From the IMG/VR virus record IMGVR_UViG_3300031519_000180, positions 1 through 26,764 of that record: a DNA stretch of 26,764 nt; one strand, written 5' to 3'. The notes under the pieces were generated by a model. That model saw only the letters and a program-made list of their open reading frames with translations. It did no database searches and had not been told where the DNA came from. This DNA is from a virus. Its lineage: Duplodnaviria > Caudoviricetes. Below, piece after piece: positions 9,089-17,125 of the stretch. Position numbers and translations under genes: made by a program. Every line of letters starts with the position of its first letter. Within the stretch, counting starts at the first letter, position 1.

Positions 9089-9550
9089 CTACGCGTCAAG
9101 CATAGGGTTTATGAAGTCTTTTCTTAGGTAGCGGTAGATTGTCTTAAAGCAATCCCCGTGTGGTTTCCGATGGTTCTTAGCGAACCTTTTTATTCTAGGG
9201 CAGTGTGCGCGTTGAATGTGGTGAGCGACTTCATGGGCGACAGTCATCCAAAGAGATTCATCCATGTCATTAACCTGTCTACCGCCAATGACTTTATCCG
9301 CATCGTAGGCTTTGTACTCTCTCTCGTAGTGAGGTTTATCAGAATGTTGCCAGTAACTTAGGTTTATCTGAATTACATTTCTCCCACCGTAAGTAGCTCC
9401 ATTGCACCACTCCTTGTCAACAAGCCTAGTTACCTTTACCGCTCGATCAACGTCAGACTTTTTAAGGTCAAGCTCGTACTCTTTCTTCTTGAGTACGTTC
9501 ATGCATTTTCTAACCATGCGCTCTACTTTTATTTTATCGTTTCTAGTCAT
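9089..9550 (-). CDS. SprT-like zinc metalloprotease
   Basis: HEVAH (HExxH) plus downstream PHGDCF motif typical of the SprT family. Start moved to ATG 9550, behind RBS TGGGAGAAACAA. Confidence 0.75.
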   Translation of the reverse strand: MTRNDKIKVERMVRKCMNVLKKKEYELDLKKSDVDRAVKVTRLVDKEWCNGATYGGRNVIQINLSYWQHSDKPHYEREYKAYDADKVIGGRQVNDMDESLWMTVAHEVAHHIQRAHCPRIKRFAKNHRKPHGDCFKTIYRYLRKDFINPMLDA

Positions 9551-9567
9551 TTGTTTCTCCCAGTTAG

Positions 9568-9588
9568 TGGGGAGCGCGATGCTCCCCA
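9568..9588 (-). repeat. Intergenic GC-rich hairpin, copy 1 (GGGGAGC-ATCGC-GCTCCCC)
   Basis: Perfect 8-bp stem. Matches 20202-20222 at 20 of 21 nt in opposite orientation. No U-tract. Confidence 0.85.
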
Positions 9589-9593
9589 TTAGA

Positions 9594-9845
9594 TTAAAGG
9601 TTATACGCTGTCGCCTGAAGCGCATTCCAGTGAGCCAACTTCATCCGCTTTTGGATGTTTGCATTTGGCACAAAGTAGGTCGCCCACTTTCTACCTGTGA
9701 TTGCGAACACGAACCTCATGCCGCACACTTGATGCCCATCATCTAGATGTACACAGTAAAGGGTAGACCCTTTAAATTTACCCTTCTTAGGGCGGTTAAG
9801 TTTATAAGCCTTCTTGATTTGGCTTAATTTCAGTTTAATATTCAT
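9594..9845 (-). CDS. Small basic hypothetical early protein
   Basis: 83 aa, RBS AAGGGAGAGACG, directly behind a sigma70-type promoter. Confidence 0.75.
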   Translation of the reverse strand: MNIKLKLSQIKKAYKLNRPKKGKFKGSTLYCVHLDDGHQVCGMRFVFAITGRKWATYFVPNANIQKRMKLAHWNALQATAYNL

Positions 9846-9879
9846 AACGTCTCTCCCTTTCTAATTCGTTATACGAATC

Positions 9880-9908
9880 AGTATACTACTTTTCACTAGC
9901 AATGTAAA
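9880..9908 (-). promoter_or_regulatory. Leftward sigma70-type promoter
   Basis: Minus strand TTTACA-17 nt-TATACT. The spacer contains TGCTAGTGA. Confidence 0.75.
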
Positions 9909-9926
9909 GCAGACTATTTTTTGTAC

Positions 9927-9955
9927 TTGCATTGCTATCAAACAAATGTCATGAT
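9927..9955 (+). promoter_or_regulatory. Rightward (divergent) sigma70-type promoter for the modification/replication operon
   Basis: TTGCAT-17 nt-CATGAT, with an alternative -10 GATAAT at 9953-9958. TGCTA follows the -35, mirroring the leftward promoter. Confidence 0.5.
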
Positions 9956-9982
9956 AATCCCAACATTATTGGGAGATTATGT

Positions 9983-10531
9983 ATGAGTACGTTACTAAAG
10001 ATTACGGGATCGGACGGAGAGAAGAAGCGCAACGCAAACGACTTCTACCCGACACCGAGCTACGCAACCGAGGCTTTGATGAACCGAGAGTTCTTCAGTC
10101 AAAAGATTTGGGAGCCTGCCTGTGGTGATGGTGCTATCTCTAAAGTTCTAGAGGAGAGAGGCCATATCACAGTCAGCACAGATTTAATTGATTACGGATT
10201 TGGTCAGCCTAATGTAGACTTCCTAATGGAGCAGAAGCTACTTGCGCCAGACATAATCACAAACCCACCCTTCAGCTTGGCACATGAATTTGCTGAGAAG
10301 GCAATTGATTTGGGTGTAGATAAATTAGCGTTACTTGTCCGACTGCAATTCTTAGAGGGCGTGAGGCGTGGTAAGTTCTTCCAAAGACATCCACCGTCTA
10401 CTGTGTGGGTATTCTCGAAGCGTCTGTCATTTAATCTGAACGGTACGTTTAAGTCTGGCGGTGTCATGGCATTCGCTTGGTTTGTCTTCAAGAAGGACAA
10501 CAAGAAAACTGAAGTGAAGTGGATACTGTGA
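9983..10531 (+). CDS. DNA N6-adenine methyltransferase (small phage type)
   Basis: DFYPTP, motif I WEPACGDG, motif IV ITNPPF. Start moved to ATG 9983 behind GGGAGA. Confidence 0.85.
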   Translation: MSTLLKITGSDGEKKRNANDFYPTPSYATEALMNREFFSQKIWEPACGDGAISKVLEERGHITVSTDLIDYGFGQPNVDFLMEQKLLAPDIITNPPFSLAHEFAEKAIDLGVDKLALLVRLQFLEGVRRGKFFQRHPPSTVWVFSKRLSFNLNGTFKSGGVMAFAWFVFKKDNKKTEVKWIL

Positions 10532-10532
10532 G

Positions 10533-11354
10533 ATGAAGGCGCATCAAAAGATTGTTAGGGATAGGGTTGCATTGACAAAGTCTGGTGACCTGTTTGGTAA
10601 TTGGTGGGATGATGTAGATACAGATATTTCTAAGGCTGTTGTTAGGGAGACAACTCAGGCAACCGCAAAAAATATTATAGAGGAGTACGAGTGGCTTGGA
10701 TGTCTGGCGGCTGTAAATTGGTTTTACTATGGAATATTTTTTAATAATGTTTGTGGTGGTGTTGTTTGTTATGGCCCAGAGTATTCTGAAAACTTAGGTA
10801 AGATTGCAAGGGAGCAGGGAAGGGCTGGTGCTGATTGGTCTAAGTATGGTTTTGAGGGAAAGATGATTTTGCTTAATCGTGGTGCGTGTGTCCACTGGGC
10901 GCACCCACATTCTGCAAGCAAACTAATACGACAGTCCATGAAGCTGTTACCAAAAAAATATGAAGTTGTCACAGCGACTGTTGATGATCTAGCAGGAGAG
11001 GTCGGAACTATATATCAAGCCTGTGGGTTCCATTACATTGGGTCAATGAGAGATGCCAATAAAAATGTTAATAGTAAAAAAGGTGACAGAGATGCTTGGG
11101 TGATAAATGGCAAGCTGTATGGTTCCAGAAACATTCGGCAGAAGTTTGGTACAACTTCTTTAGATGAAATAAAAAAATATTATCCTGATGTTAAAAAGGT
11201 AAAGCAAAATTCTAAGGGGCGTTACTTTGCATTCAGGGGCGATAAGAAAACAAAGAAAGCTCATTTTGAAACTATCAAAGATTTAATTAAATCTTACCCT
11301 AAAAGATTAAACCAAGAATTACCCCAGTCTGTTCTGGAAGGGTGGCACAAATGA
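10533..11354 (+). CDS. mom: Mom-like GNAT-fold DNA adenine modification enzyme
   Basis: Pattern YGIF..N..GGVVCYG...LNRG....SASKLI..S.K.L....VVTATVD...GEVGTIYQACGFHYIG matches the phage Mu Mom family signature (GTIYQA.N/GW/F.Y.G). Confidence 0.7.
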   Translation: MKAHQKIVRDRVALTKSGDLFGNWWDDVDTDISKAVVRETTQATAKNIIEEYEWLGCLAAVNWFYYGIFFNNVCGGVVCYGPEYSENLGKIAREQGRAGADWSKYGFEGKMILLNRGACVHWAHPHSASKLIRQSMKLLPKKYEVVTATVDDLAGEVGTIYQACGFHYIGSMRDANKNVNSKKGDRDAWVINGKLYGSRNIRQKFGTTSLDEIKKYYPDVKKVKQNSKGRYFAFRGDKKTKKAHFETIKDLIKSYPKRLNQELPQSVLEGWHK

Positions 11355-12754
11355 AATTTAAAACAAAACCATTCGCCCACCAGATGAAGGCATTTGATCT
11401 TAGCAAGAAGAGGAAGGGCTTTGCACTTCTCATGGAGCAAGGCACTGGCAAGACTAAAGTCATAATCGACACTGCCGCATATCTCTACGAGAACAAGGCA
11501 ATCGACACGGTGATTGTTATTTGCCCAAATGGTGTCCACAGGAATTGGGTTAACAATGAGATTCCAATCCACATGTCCTGTGAATACAGGGCTACCTTCT
11601 ACTCATCTCAAATGAAGAAGAAGCAAATCGATAAGTTCAACGAAGTTCTGGAGTATGACGGGTTGAAGATCTTCGCATTTAACGTCGAGGCATTCACATC
11701 TGTAACGGCTCAGAAGTACATGATGACAGCCCTGAAGAAGAATAAAGTTCTAATGGTTATCGATGAGAGCAGTCGCATTAAGACACCGAGTTCGAAGCGC
11801 ACCAAGATGATTACCAAATTTGGCAAGCACCCGAATGTGATAGCCAAGAGAATCTTAACAGGTACGCCAGTGACCAAAGGGGCTGAGGATGTCTTCGCCC
11901 AATTTAAGTTTCTTAACCCTGACATTCTTGAGGTGACATCACTTTACAAGTTTAAAGATAAATACTGTGTGATGGGTGGATTTAAAAACAAGCAGATCGT
12001 CGGCTACCAAAATATGGATGAACTGACCGAGCGTCTTGGCAAGTACAGCTTCAGAGTTCTGAAGAGTGAGTGCTTAGATTTGCCTGAGAAGATATACCAA
12101 CGTCACTACGTTGAGATGTCTGCGGCTCAGGGCAAGCTCTACAAAGACCTGAAGAAGTCTTTTATCGCAGAGCTTGAGGGAAACATGATAGAGGTTCCAG
12201 AGGCGATTACACGGCTTCTCAGACTACAACAGATACTATGTGGTTGGTTTCCAGTCGAGGGTTCATCTATTCCTATTGATAAGGTAAACCCACGCATTGA
12301 GGCATTGAGGGAAGTGCTAGGCAATATCAATGGTAAGACAATCATCTGGGCTAGGTTCAGGGCTGATTTAGAGGCCATAGAGGGGCTACTAGGCTCTGAG
12401 GCGGTTAGTTATCATGGTGGAGTGTCTAACGACGACAGGGAGATTGCTGTTAACAGGTTTCAGAATGACCCTGATGTAAAATATTTTCTATCAAATCCAC
12501 AGGCAGGTGGAATTGGTATTACGCTCAACAAGGCTGAGTATGCGATTTACTACTCGAACAGCTTTAACTTGGAGGAGCGTATGCAGTCAGAAGACAGGGC
12601 GCACAGAATAGGCACAGAGAAAAATGTGACCTACATTGATATCGAGTGCCGCAAGTCAATCGACAGTAAAATAATCCAAGCACTGCGAACCAAGAAGTCT
12701 ATCGCAGATATTGTAACCAAAGACCCAATGTCAATTTTTATGGAGGAAGAGTAA
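11351..12754 (+). CDS. SNF2-family (SF2) helicase
   Basis: Walker A MEQGTGKT, DESS, LTGTP, GGIGITL, QSEDRAHRIG. ATG 11351 overlaps the upstream stop (ATGA). Confidence 0.92.
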   Translation: MKFKTKPFAHQMKAFDLSKKRKGFALLMEQGTGKTKVIIDTAAYLYENKAIDTVIVICPNGVHRNWVNNEIPIHMSCEYRATFYSSQMKKKQIDKFNEVLEYDGLKIFAFNVEAFTSVTAQKYMMTALKKNKVLMVIDESSRIKTPSSKRTKMITKFGKHPNVIAKRILTGTPVTKGAEDVFAQFKFLNPDILEVTSLYKFKDKYCVMGGFKNKQIVGYQNMDELTERLGKYSFRVLKSECLDLPEKIYQRHYVEMSAAQGKLYKDLKKSFIAELEGNMIEVPEAITRLLRLQQILCGWFPVEGSSIPIDKVNPRIEALREVLGNINGKTIIWARFRADLEAIEGLLGSEAVSYHGGVSNDDREIAVNRFQNDPDVKYFLSNPQAGGIGITLNKAEYAIYYSNSFNLEERMQSEDRAHRIGTEKNVTYIDIECRKSIDSKIIQALRTKKSIADIVTKDPMSIFMEEE

Positions 12755-13416
12755 TGACTTTATATGAGCAAAAATTAAAAGCAGAAAGTCACTTAAAAGA
12801 TATAAAACGTGCAATCAAAGCCGAACGAAAAAAAGTGGTTATTAAAGATAAATCTATTTACAAAGCGGCTACGGCACTTTTAAATATTTCGCCCCTAGAT
12901 CACAGTAATATATATAAAGCACATAGATTAGGGTCATGGCTACATCAAACCGCAACTATGAAAAAAATGTCTCCTGCGTTAGATCTTAAAATTTCTTCGC
13001 TCCTCAAGTATAAAGATAGTGAGGAAGACATCGGTGATCATTATAGTTTTCACGGCACGTTTACCTTATTGCAAGCAATGGATGTTTACAGACAGTATAC
13101 TTCCACTGAACCTGCCTTCAGTCATTTCAGGACGTTTCTTCTTATTATGGCGTATAGCGGAGAGTTCAATTTTCCCGTTGAGGTATATGGAATGAATAAT
13201 GTTCTGGGTATTCAGCAATCTACGTTAAGTCGTATTATTGGGATATTAGGAGAAGAGACAGATGGGGAAGATGCAGGTACTTCAGGACGACCTGTCATCC
13301 GACATGGTTTAATACAATGCACAAAACCCGATAAAAATACTGACGGTAGACGTAAATATGTTAACCTAACCCCAAAAGGGGGGGCATTAGCCCAACAGAT
13401 TAACGAAGTATTATAA
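12754..13416 (+). CDS. Protein with C-terminal MarR-like winged-helix domain
   Basis: QQSTLSRIIGILG...GLI...DGRRKYVNLTPKG is the MarR wing signature. The N-terminal ~110 aa are unassigned. Confidence 0.7.
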   Translation: MTLYEQKLKAESHLKDIKRAIKAERKKVVIKDKSIYKAATALLNISPLDHSNIYKAHRLGSWLHQTATMKKMSPALDLKISSLLKYKDSEEDIGDHYSFHGTFTLLQAMDVYRQYTSTEPAFSHFRTFLLIMAYSGEFNFPVEVYGMNNVLGIQQSTLSRIIGILGEETDGEDAGTSGRPVIRHGLIQCTKPDKNTDGRRKYVNLTPKGGALAQQINEVL

Positions 13417-14462
13417 TGCCTGACGATTTTCAGAAATGCGCTACGCATAAATTTACGGATCGGGATAATGCGGCATTTGAGGCTTTTAAGGTTGCAATAA
13501 AAAATAGATTAATAATTTCTAATGCTTTTCCTGACCCTATGGATGATTTTTTAGATTATGCAATTCAGAGAAAAAAAATAGGTTCTGAAACTTCAAAAGG
13601 TTTTTGTATTGCTAATATTAAACATAGGTGGGGTAACGAACAACAAGGATTGTGCGGAGTAGATGAAAATCTTTATGGGCCTTCAGAATCAATAGTAAAT
13701 TTCTACGATGATGTTACAAAAGGTCTTATTAAATTAAATCCTCACAATATTAGATCGCAAGTCAGTAAAAATGATAACTGGGATTTAAATAAAAAATTTT
13801 TTAATTCTTCACATTTAGAATTAACAGATTTGATAGAAGAATTTAAAGTTACAGTCCGACGAATAGAAAAACTTTTTATACCTCCTACGCCTTTTAGTAA
13901 AGAGAAATACTGGAGCCGAATTTTATTCACGATGACTGATGATAAAAACATATATACCTCAGCAAGTGAAGGTCTTGAATATTCCAATTTAAAAGTTGGT
14001 GACAAAATACTTCTTACAGCCAAAATAAAAAAACATGAATTTGATAGAAAAGATGGAATTTCAAAAATAAATAGATTGCATTTACAAGGTGATCTAAGTG
14101 GCATTGTTCTTATAAAAAAAGAAAAAGAAAAGAAGACCCGACGAAGTTATGATGAGCCAGAGCGAAGTCAGGCAGGAAATAATGTTAAAAAGTATAATGG
14201 CTTTAAGTGTCAAGTATGTGAGGCATTGGGGCAAAATCCAATAAGTTTTTTAAAACGTGACGGACAACCCTATGCAGAGGCTCACCATATAAATCCACTT
14301 GGTGAAGGTGGCGATGATACAGAAGACAACATTGTAAGTATTTGTGCAAACCATCACCGACAGATACATCTAGGAGATGTTAGTATTCCAAAAATTCTAG
14401 AAGATAAATTTATAATAATTATGGACGGCAAAGAGTTGTCCCTTAAACGATGGAGAACATAA
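13416..14462 (+). CDS. HNH endonuclease (McrA-like C-terminal domain) with unassigned N-terminal domains
   Basis: CQVC...AEAHHINPLGEGGDDTEDNIVSICANHHRQIH. The central region (LKVGDKILLTAKIKKH) looks OB-fold-like. Confidence 0.8.
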   Translation: MPDDFQKCATHKFTDRDNAAFEAFKVAIKNRLIISNAFPDPMDDFLDYAIQRKKIGSETSKGFCIANIKHRWGNEQQGLCGVDENLYGPSESIVNFYDDVTKGLIKLNPHNIRSQVSKNDNWDLNKKFFNSSHLELTDLIEEFKVTVRRIEKLFIPPTPFSKEKYWSRILFTMTDDKNIYTSASEGLEYSNLKVGDKILLTAKIKKHEFDRKDGISKINRLHLQGDLSGIVLIKKEKEKKTRRSYDEPERSQAGNNVKKYNGFKCQVCEALGQNPISFLKRDGQPYAEAHHINPLGEGGDDTEDNIVSICANHHRQIHLGDVSIPKILEDKFIIIMDGKELSLKRWRT

Positions 14463-14917
14463 TGAGTGAGAAAAACTTCTGGAACTTAGTCAGGGATAAT
14501 TGTCCTGTGAACATGCACCGAGTTGAGAACTCTGTGATGCGAGGAATGCCTGACGTTCATTACATTCGAAATGGCCAGTCAGGTTGGATCGAATTAAAGT
14601 ATTTAGCTAATTGGCCGAGCAAGAGATTTGCTTCAGGTTTAATGTTAAATCAAATGATGTGGAATAAAAAATACCGAGAGCAAGGTGGCAACTCGTGGGT
14701 TCTAATCCGAATAGGCAAGGAGTTCACTGCGTTACTTGCCGATGCCGAAGCACTGTACGGCAAACCTACAATACAGGAGTTTATGAACCTGTTGACTTGG
14801 TTTCACGCTGGTAACTTTAAGGAGGAGAACTGGGAGGAACTGGCCCAAAATCTTATGAAGAAAGAGACTATCAAAGTTAGTGGAAAGAATATCATAAACT
14901 TTCAAGAACGAGCTTGA
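14462..14917 (+). CDS. PD-(D/E)XK nuclease, VRR-NUC / Holliday-junction-resolvase-like
   Basis: E..FW, RVEN...GMPDV, WIELK, Q..W motifs. ATG 14462 couples to the upstream TAA and has a GGAGA RBS. Confidence 0.8.
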   Translation: MSEKNFWNLVRDNCPVNMHRVENSVMRGMPDVHYIRNGQSGWIELKYLANWPSKRFASGLMLNQMMWNKKYREQGGNSWVLIRIGKEFTALLADAEALYGKPTIQEFMNLLTWFHAGNFKEENWEELAQNLMKKETIKVSGKNIINFQERA

Positions 14918-14942
14918 CTAATACAATTGCTATCATTAGTTA
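14914..14942 (+). promoter_or_regulatory. Internal sigma70-type promoter upstream of the RHH gene
   Basis: cTTGACT-17 nt-TAGTTA(T). The spacer holds TTGCTATCA, identical to 9932-9940. Confidence 0.55.
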
Positions 14943-14969
14943 TGTATTTACTATTAAAAGGAGAGATCA

Positions 14970-15140
14970 ATGGATAATGAAATCAAAGAAGATACTAACG
15001 ACCAGTACAAGCAACTGGGTGTTCGACTTAGGGCAGATGTCTGGGATAAAATGGACGCTCACTGGGTTAAGACCCGTATTTCCAAAACGGCTATTGTTGA
15101 GATGGCTGTCAAGGAATATCTTGAGAAACTTGGGTATTAA
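14970..15140 (+). CDS. Ribbon-helix-helix (CopG/Arc/MetJ-like) transcriptional regulator, 56 aa (not in ORF track)
   Basis: MDNEIKEDTNDQYKQLGVRLRADVWDKMDAHWVKTRISKTAIVEMAVKEYLEKLGY*: alternating beta strand (KQLGVRL), helix A, then helix B SKTAIVEMAVKEYL. RBS AAGGAG. Confidence 0.8.
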   Translation: MDNEIKEDTNDQYKQLGVRLRADVWDKMDAHWVKTRISKTAIVEMAVKEYLEKLGY

Positions 15141-15141
15141 C

Positions 15142-15315
15142 ATGGATGAAATAAGATTTAATGATGTGGAGCTTAACTTTATAAGTGACGCATTAGAAAG
15201 CCTTTGGATGCCAGAGAACCCTCGTGATCCTGCTAATTCAAACAAAGCTGAAAGAATCAGAATACAGCGCAAAATATCAAAATTGCTAGATCACCCAAAA
15301 ACGGAGTTTGTTTAA
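15142..15315 (+). CDS. Hypothetical protein, 57 aa
   Basis: MDEIRFNDVELNFISDAL.... This is the likely real 3' part of track ORF 14914..15315. It fits between the RHH stop and ATG 15316. Confidence 0.65.
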   Translation: MDEIRFNDVELNFISDALESLWMPENPRDPANSNKAERIRIQRKISKLLDHPKTEFV

Positions 15316-15621
15316 ATGAGGTACACGCAGAAACTTGTAGATGACATCTGGGATGATTCGATTGACGGATTGTCTCGGTCTGAAATTGCCGACAAGAGAA
15401 AACTGAAGTGGTCACAAATTGATTATGTCTTAAAGCATAAGAGGCCAAGTCAGATCTTCGATTATCACCACGAGGACACTTCCCCAACTACCGTGGATAA
15501 ATACACTGTGGATTCTCAGGATGTGTACACTGTGGATTCTAACGGTGATGCAAAAATAGAAACCCCAGAGGGCAATCTAGTAAAGTCGATTGTTAAATTT
15601 TTTAAGGATTTTTTTAAATGA
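15316..15621 (+). CDS. Small helix-turn-helix protein
   Basis: GLSRSEIADKRKLKWSQIDYVL is HTH-like. Internal YTVDS duplication and amphipathic C-terminus. Confidence 0.6.
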   Translation: MRYTQKLVDDIWDDSIDGLSRSEIADKRKLKWSQIDYVLKHKRPSQIFDYHHEDTSPTTVDKYTVDSQDVYTVDSNGDAKIETPEGNLVKSIVKFFKDFFK

Positions 15622-16388
15622 TAGATAAAGATCTAAGCAACAAGGAGTATCACGATCATCCTTCTTACTCATCTAGCGATGTTAAAGCTGTTGCATCATC
15701 TACAATCTACCACTGGAAGAATGCGGTACGCAAAGAGAGTTCCGCATTTGATCTGGGAAGTGCAGTCCACGCAATGTTACTAGAGCCTGAGAAGTCTTTA
15801 GTTACGCAAGGCCCAGAAACTCGTAGGGGTAAAGACTGGAAAGATCTTAAAGATGCCACTGACTTTGCTGGCAAGATCTTACTCCCCAAAAAGGAATATC
15901 ACTTAGCGGAAAGCATGAGCCAGTCTGCAATGTTTACAGAGCATGTAAATAAACTGTTGACCGATAAGCTACTTATCGCTGAGGCTAATTTCTTTGTTCA
16001 CGATAAGGATAGTAAGCTAGATTTAAAGTGTAGGCCAGATGGGTTGCTGACACATAAGCGCACTATGTTTGATATTAAGACATGTCAGGACGCATCGCCC
16101 ACAGGCTTTGCAAAGGCAGTTCGTGATTACGGATATGATATTCAGGCAAGTTTCTATAAGCATGTAATGGCCTTGGAAGGCATTCCGATAAAAGATTTTT
16201 TATTCATTTGCATTGAGAAGACAAACCCGTTTATAGTACAAGTCCATAAATTGTCTGACGAGTATTTAAACCACGCCCATGTTCGAATGACAGAAACATT
16301 AAAAAGAATTAAACTGGCTGACTTGAACCAAGACTACTCTACTGGTTGGCCTGAAGTGAATACCATCCCCTTACCAAAGTGGATGTAA
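15618..16388 (+). CDS. RecE/exonuclease VIII-like PD-(D/E)XK exonuclease (DUF3799-like)
   Basis: YH....SSS, GSAVHAMLLEP, KCRPD, DIKT, YDIQASFY, F.FICIEK motifs. Confidence 0.85.
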   Translation: MIDKDLSNKEYHDHPSYSSSDVKAVASSTIYHWKNAVRKESSAFDLGSAVHAMLLEPEKSLVTQGPETRRGKDWKDLKDATDFAGKILLPKKEYHLAESMSQSAMFTEHVNKLLTDKLLIAEANFFVHDKDSKLDLKCRPDGLLTHKRTMFDIKTCQDASPTGFAKAVRDYGYDIQASFYKHVMALEGIPIKDFLFICIEKTNPFIVQVHKLSDEYLNHAHVRMTETLKRIKLADLNQDYSTGWPEVNTIPLPKWM

Positions 16389-16463
16389 AACGGAAGTCAC
16401 GGAGCTTCTGACCATATCCCAGTGTAGGGGTGCTACACATTAAAACCGAAGAAGGAGTTGCAC

Positions 16464-17081
16464 ATGCAACATATAATAAACAATGTCTCTATACTTTACC
16501 CAAGGCTAAATCAGCCTTACCGATTTGATTCGGCTGAGAATAAGTCAGTCGCATGTAAGTGGGATGAAGAGGGAGCCAGTTACGAAACTAGCTTTATCAT
16601 GGAGAAAGATGAGGCTGTAACATTAGGCCGTATCTGTAAGGAGGCATACAAGAATGCGGTTTCCTTAGATAATAAACGAAAGTGGCCAAGTGAGCCTCAG
16701 CGTTTACCTGCAAAGACACTCAAGAATGATGATGGCTCAACTGAGTATCACGGCAAGTGTCGCATTAAAGCGAAGTACGGCTCTGATCAAACTCAGCAAC
16801 CCAAACAGGTTGACGCTAAGAGAAATCCATTTCCAAGTGATTTCAGGCTGACCACAGGTTCGAAGGCAAACATTGCCGTCACGATTGTTCCTTACAACAC
16901 TGGAACGGAGAGCGGTGTATCACTTAGAATACGAGCTGTTCAGGTTACGGAACTTGCACAAGAACAGGTTTCAAACAACGATCCCTTTAGCGTTGTAGAT
17001 GGGTATACGACTGACAGTACATTTGTGTCAGCACCTGCACCAGTGGAAGACTTACTGGAGGATGACGAAATTCCATTTTAA
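16464..17081 (+). CDS. ssb: Single-stranded DNA-binding protein (T7 gp2.5-like)
   Basis: GS.ANI....Y....GVSLRIRAVQV.EL core and acidic tail LEDDEIPF. ATG 16464 follows AAGGAG. Confidence 0.85.
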   Translation: MQHIINNVSILYPRLNQPYRFDSAENKSVACKWDEEGASYETSFIMEKDEAVTLGRICKEAYKNAVSLDNKRKWPSEPQRLPAKTLKNDDGSTEYHGKCRIKAKYGSDQTQQPKQVDAKRNPFPSDFRLTTGSKANIAVTIVPYNTGTESGVSLRIRAVQVTELAQEQVSNNDPFSVVDGYTTDSTFVSAPAPVEDLLEDDEIPF

Positions 17082-17095
17082 GAAAGTACAGCTTG

Positions 17096-17125
17096 ACCCC
17101 ACATGTTGGAGAGATGTGTGGGGTT
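17096..17125 (+). other. Intergenic stem-loop between ssb and primase-helicase
   Basis: ACCCCACATGT-TGGAGAG-ATGTGTGGGGT, 11-bp stem with two G-U pairs and no U-tract. Confidence 0.65.

Noticed and set aside
14914-15315. Track ORF of 133 aa starting at TTG 14914
   Set aside because: Its start is the -35 of a putative promoter, and its 5' half overlies the RHH gene in another frame. Only 15142-15315 is likely real.
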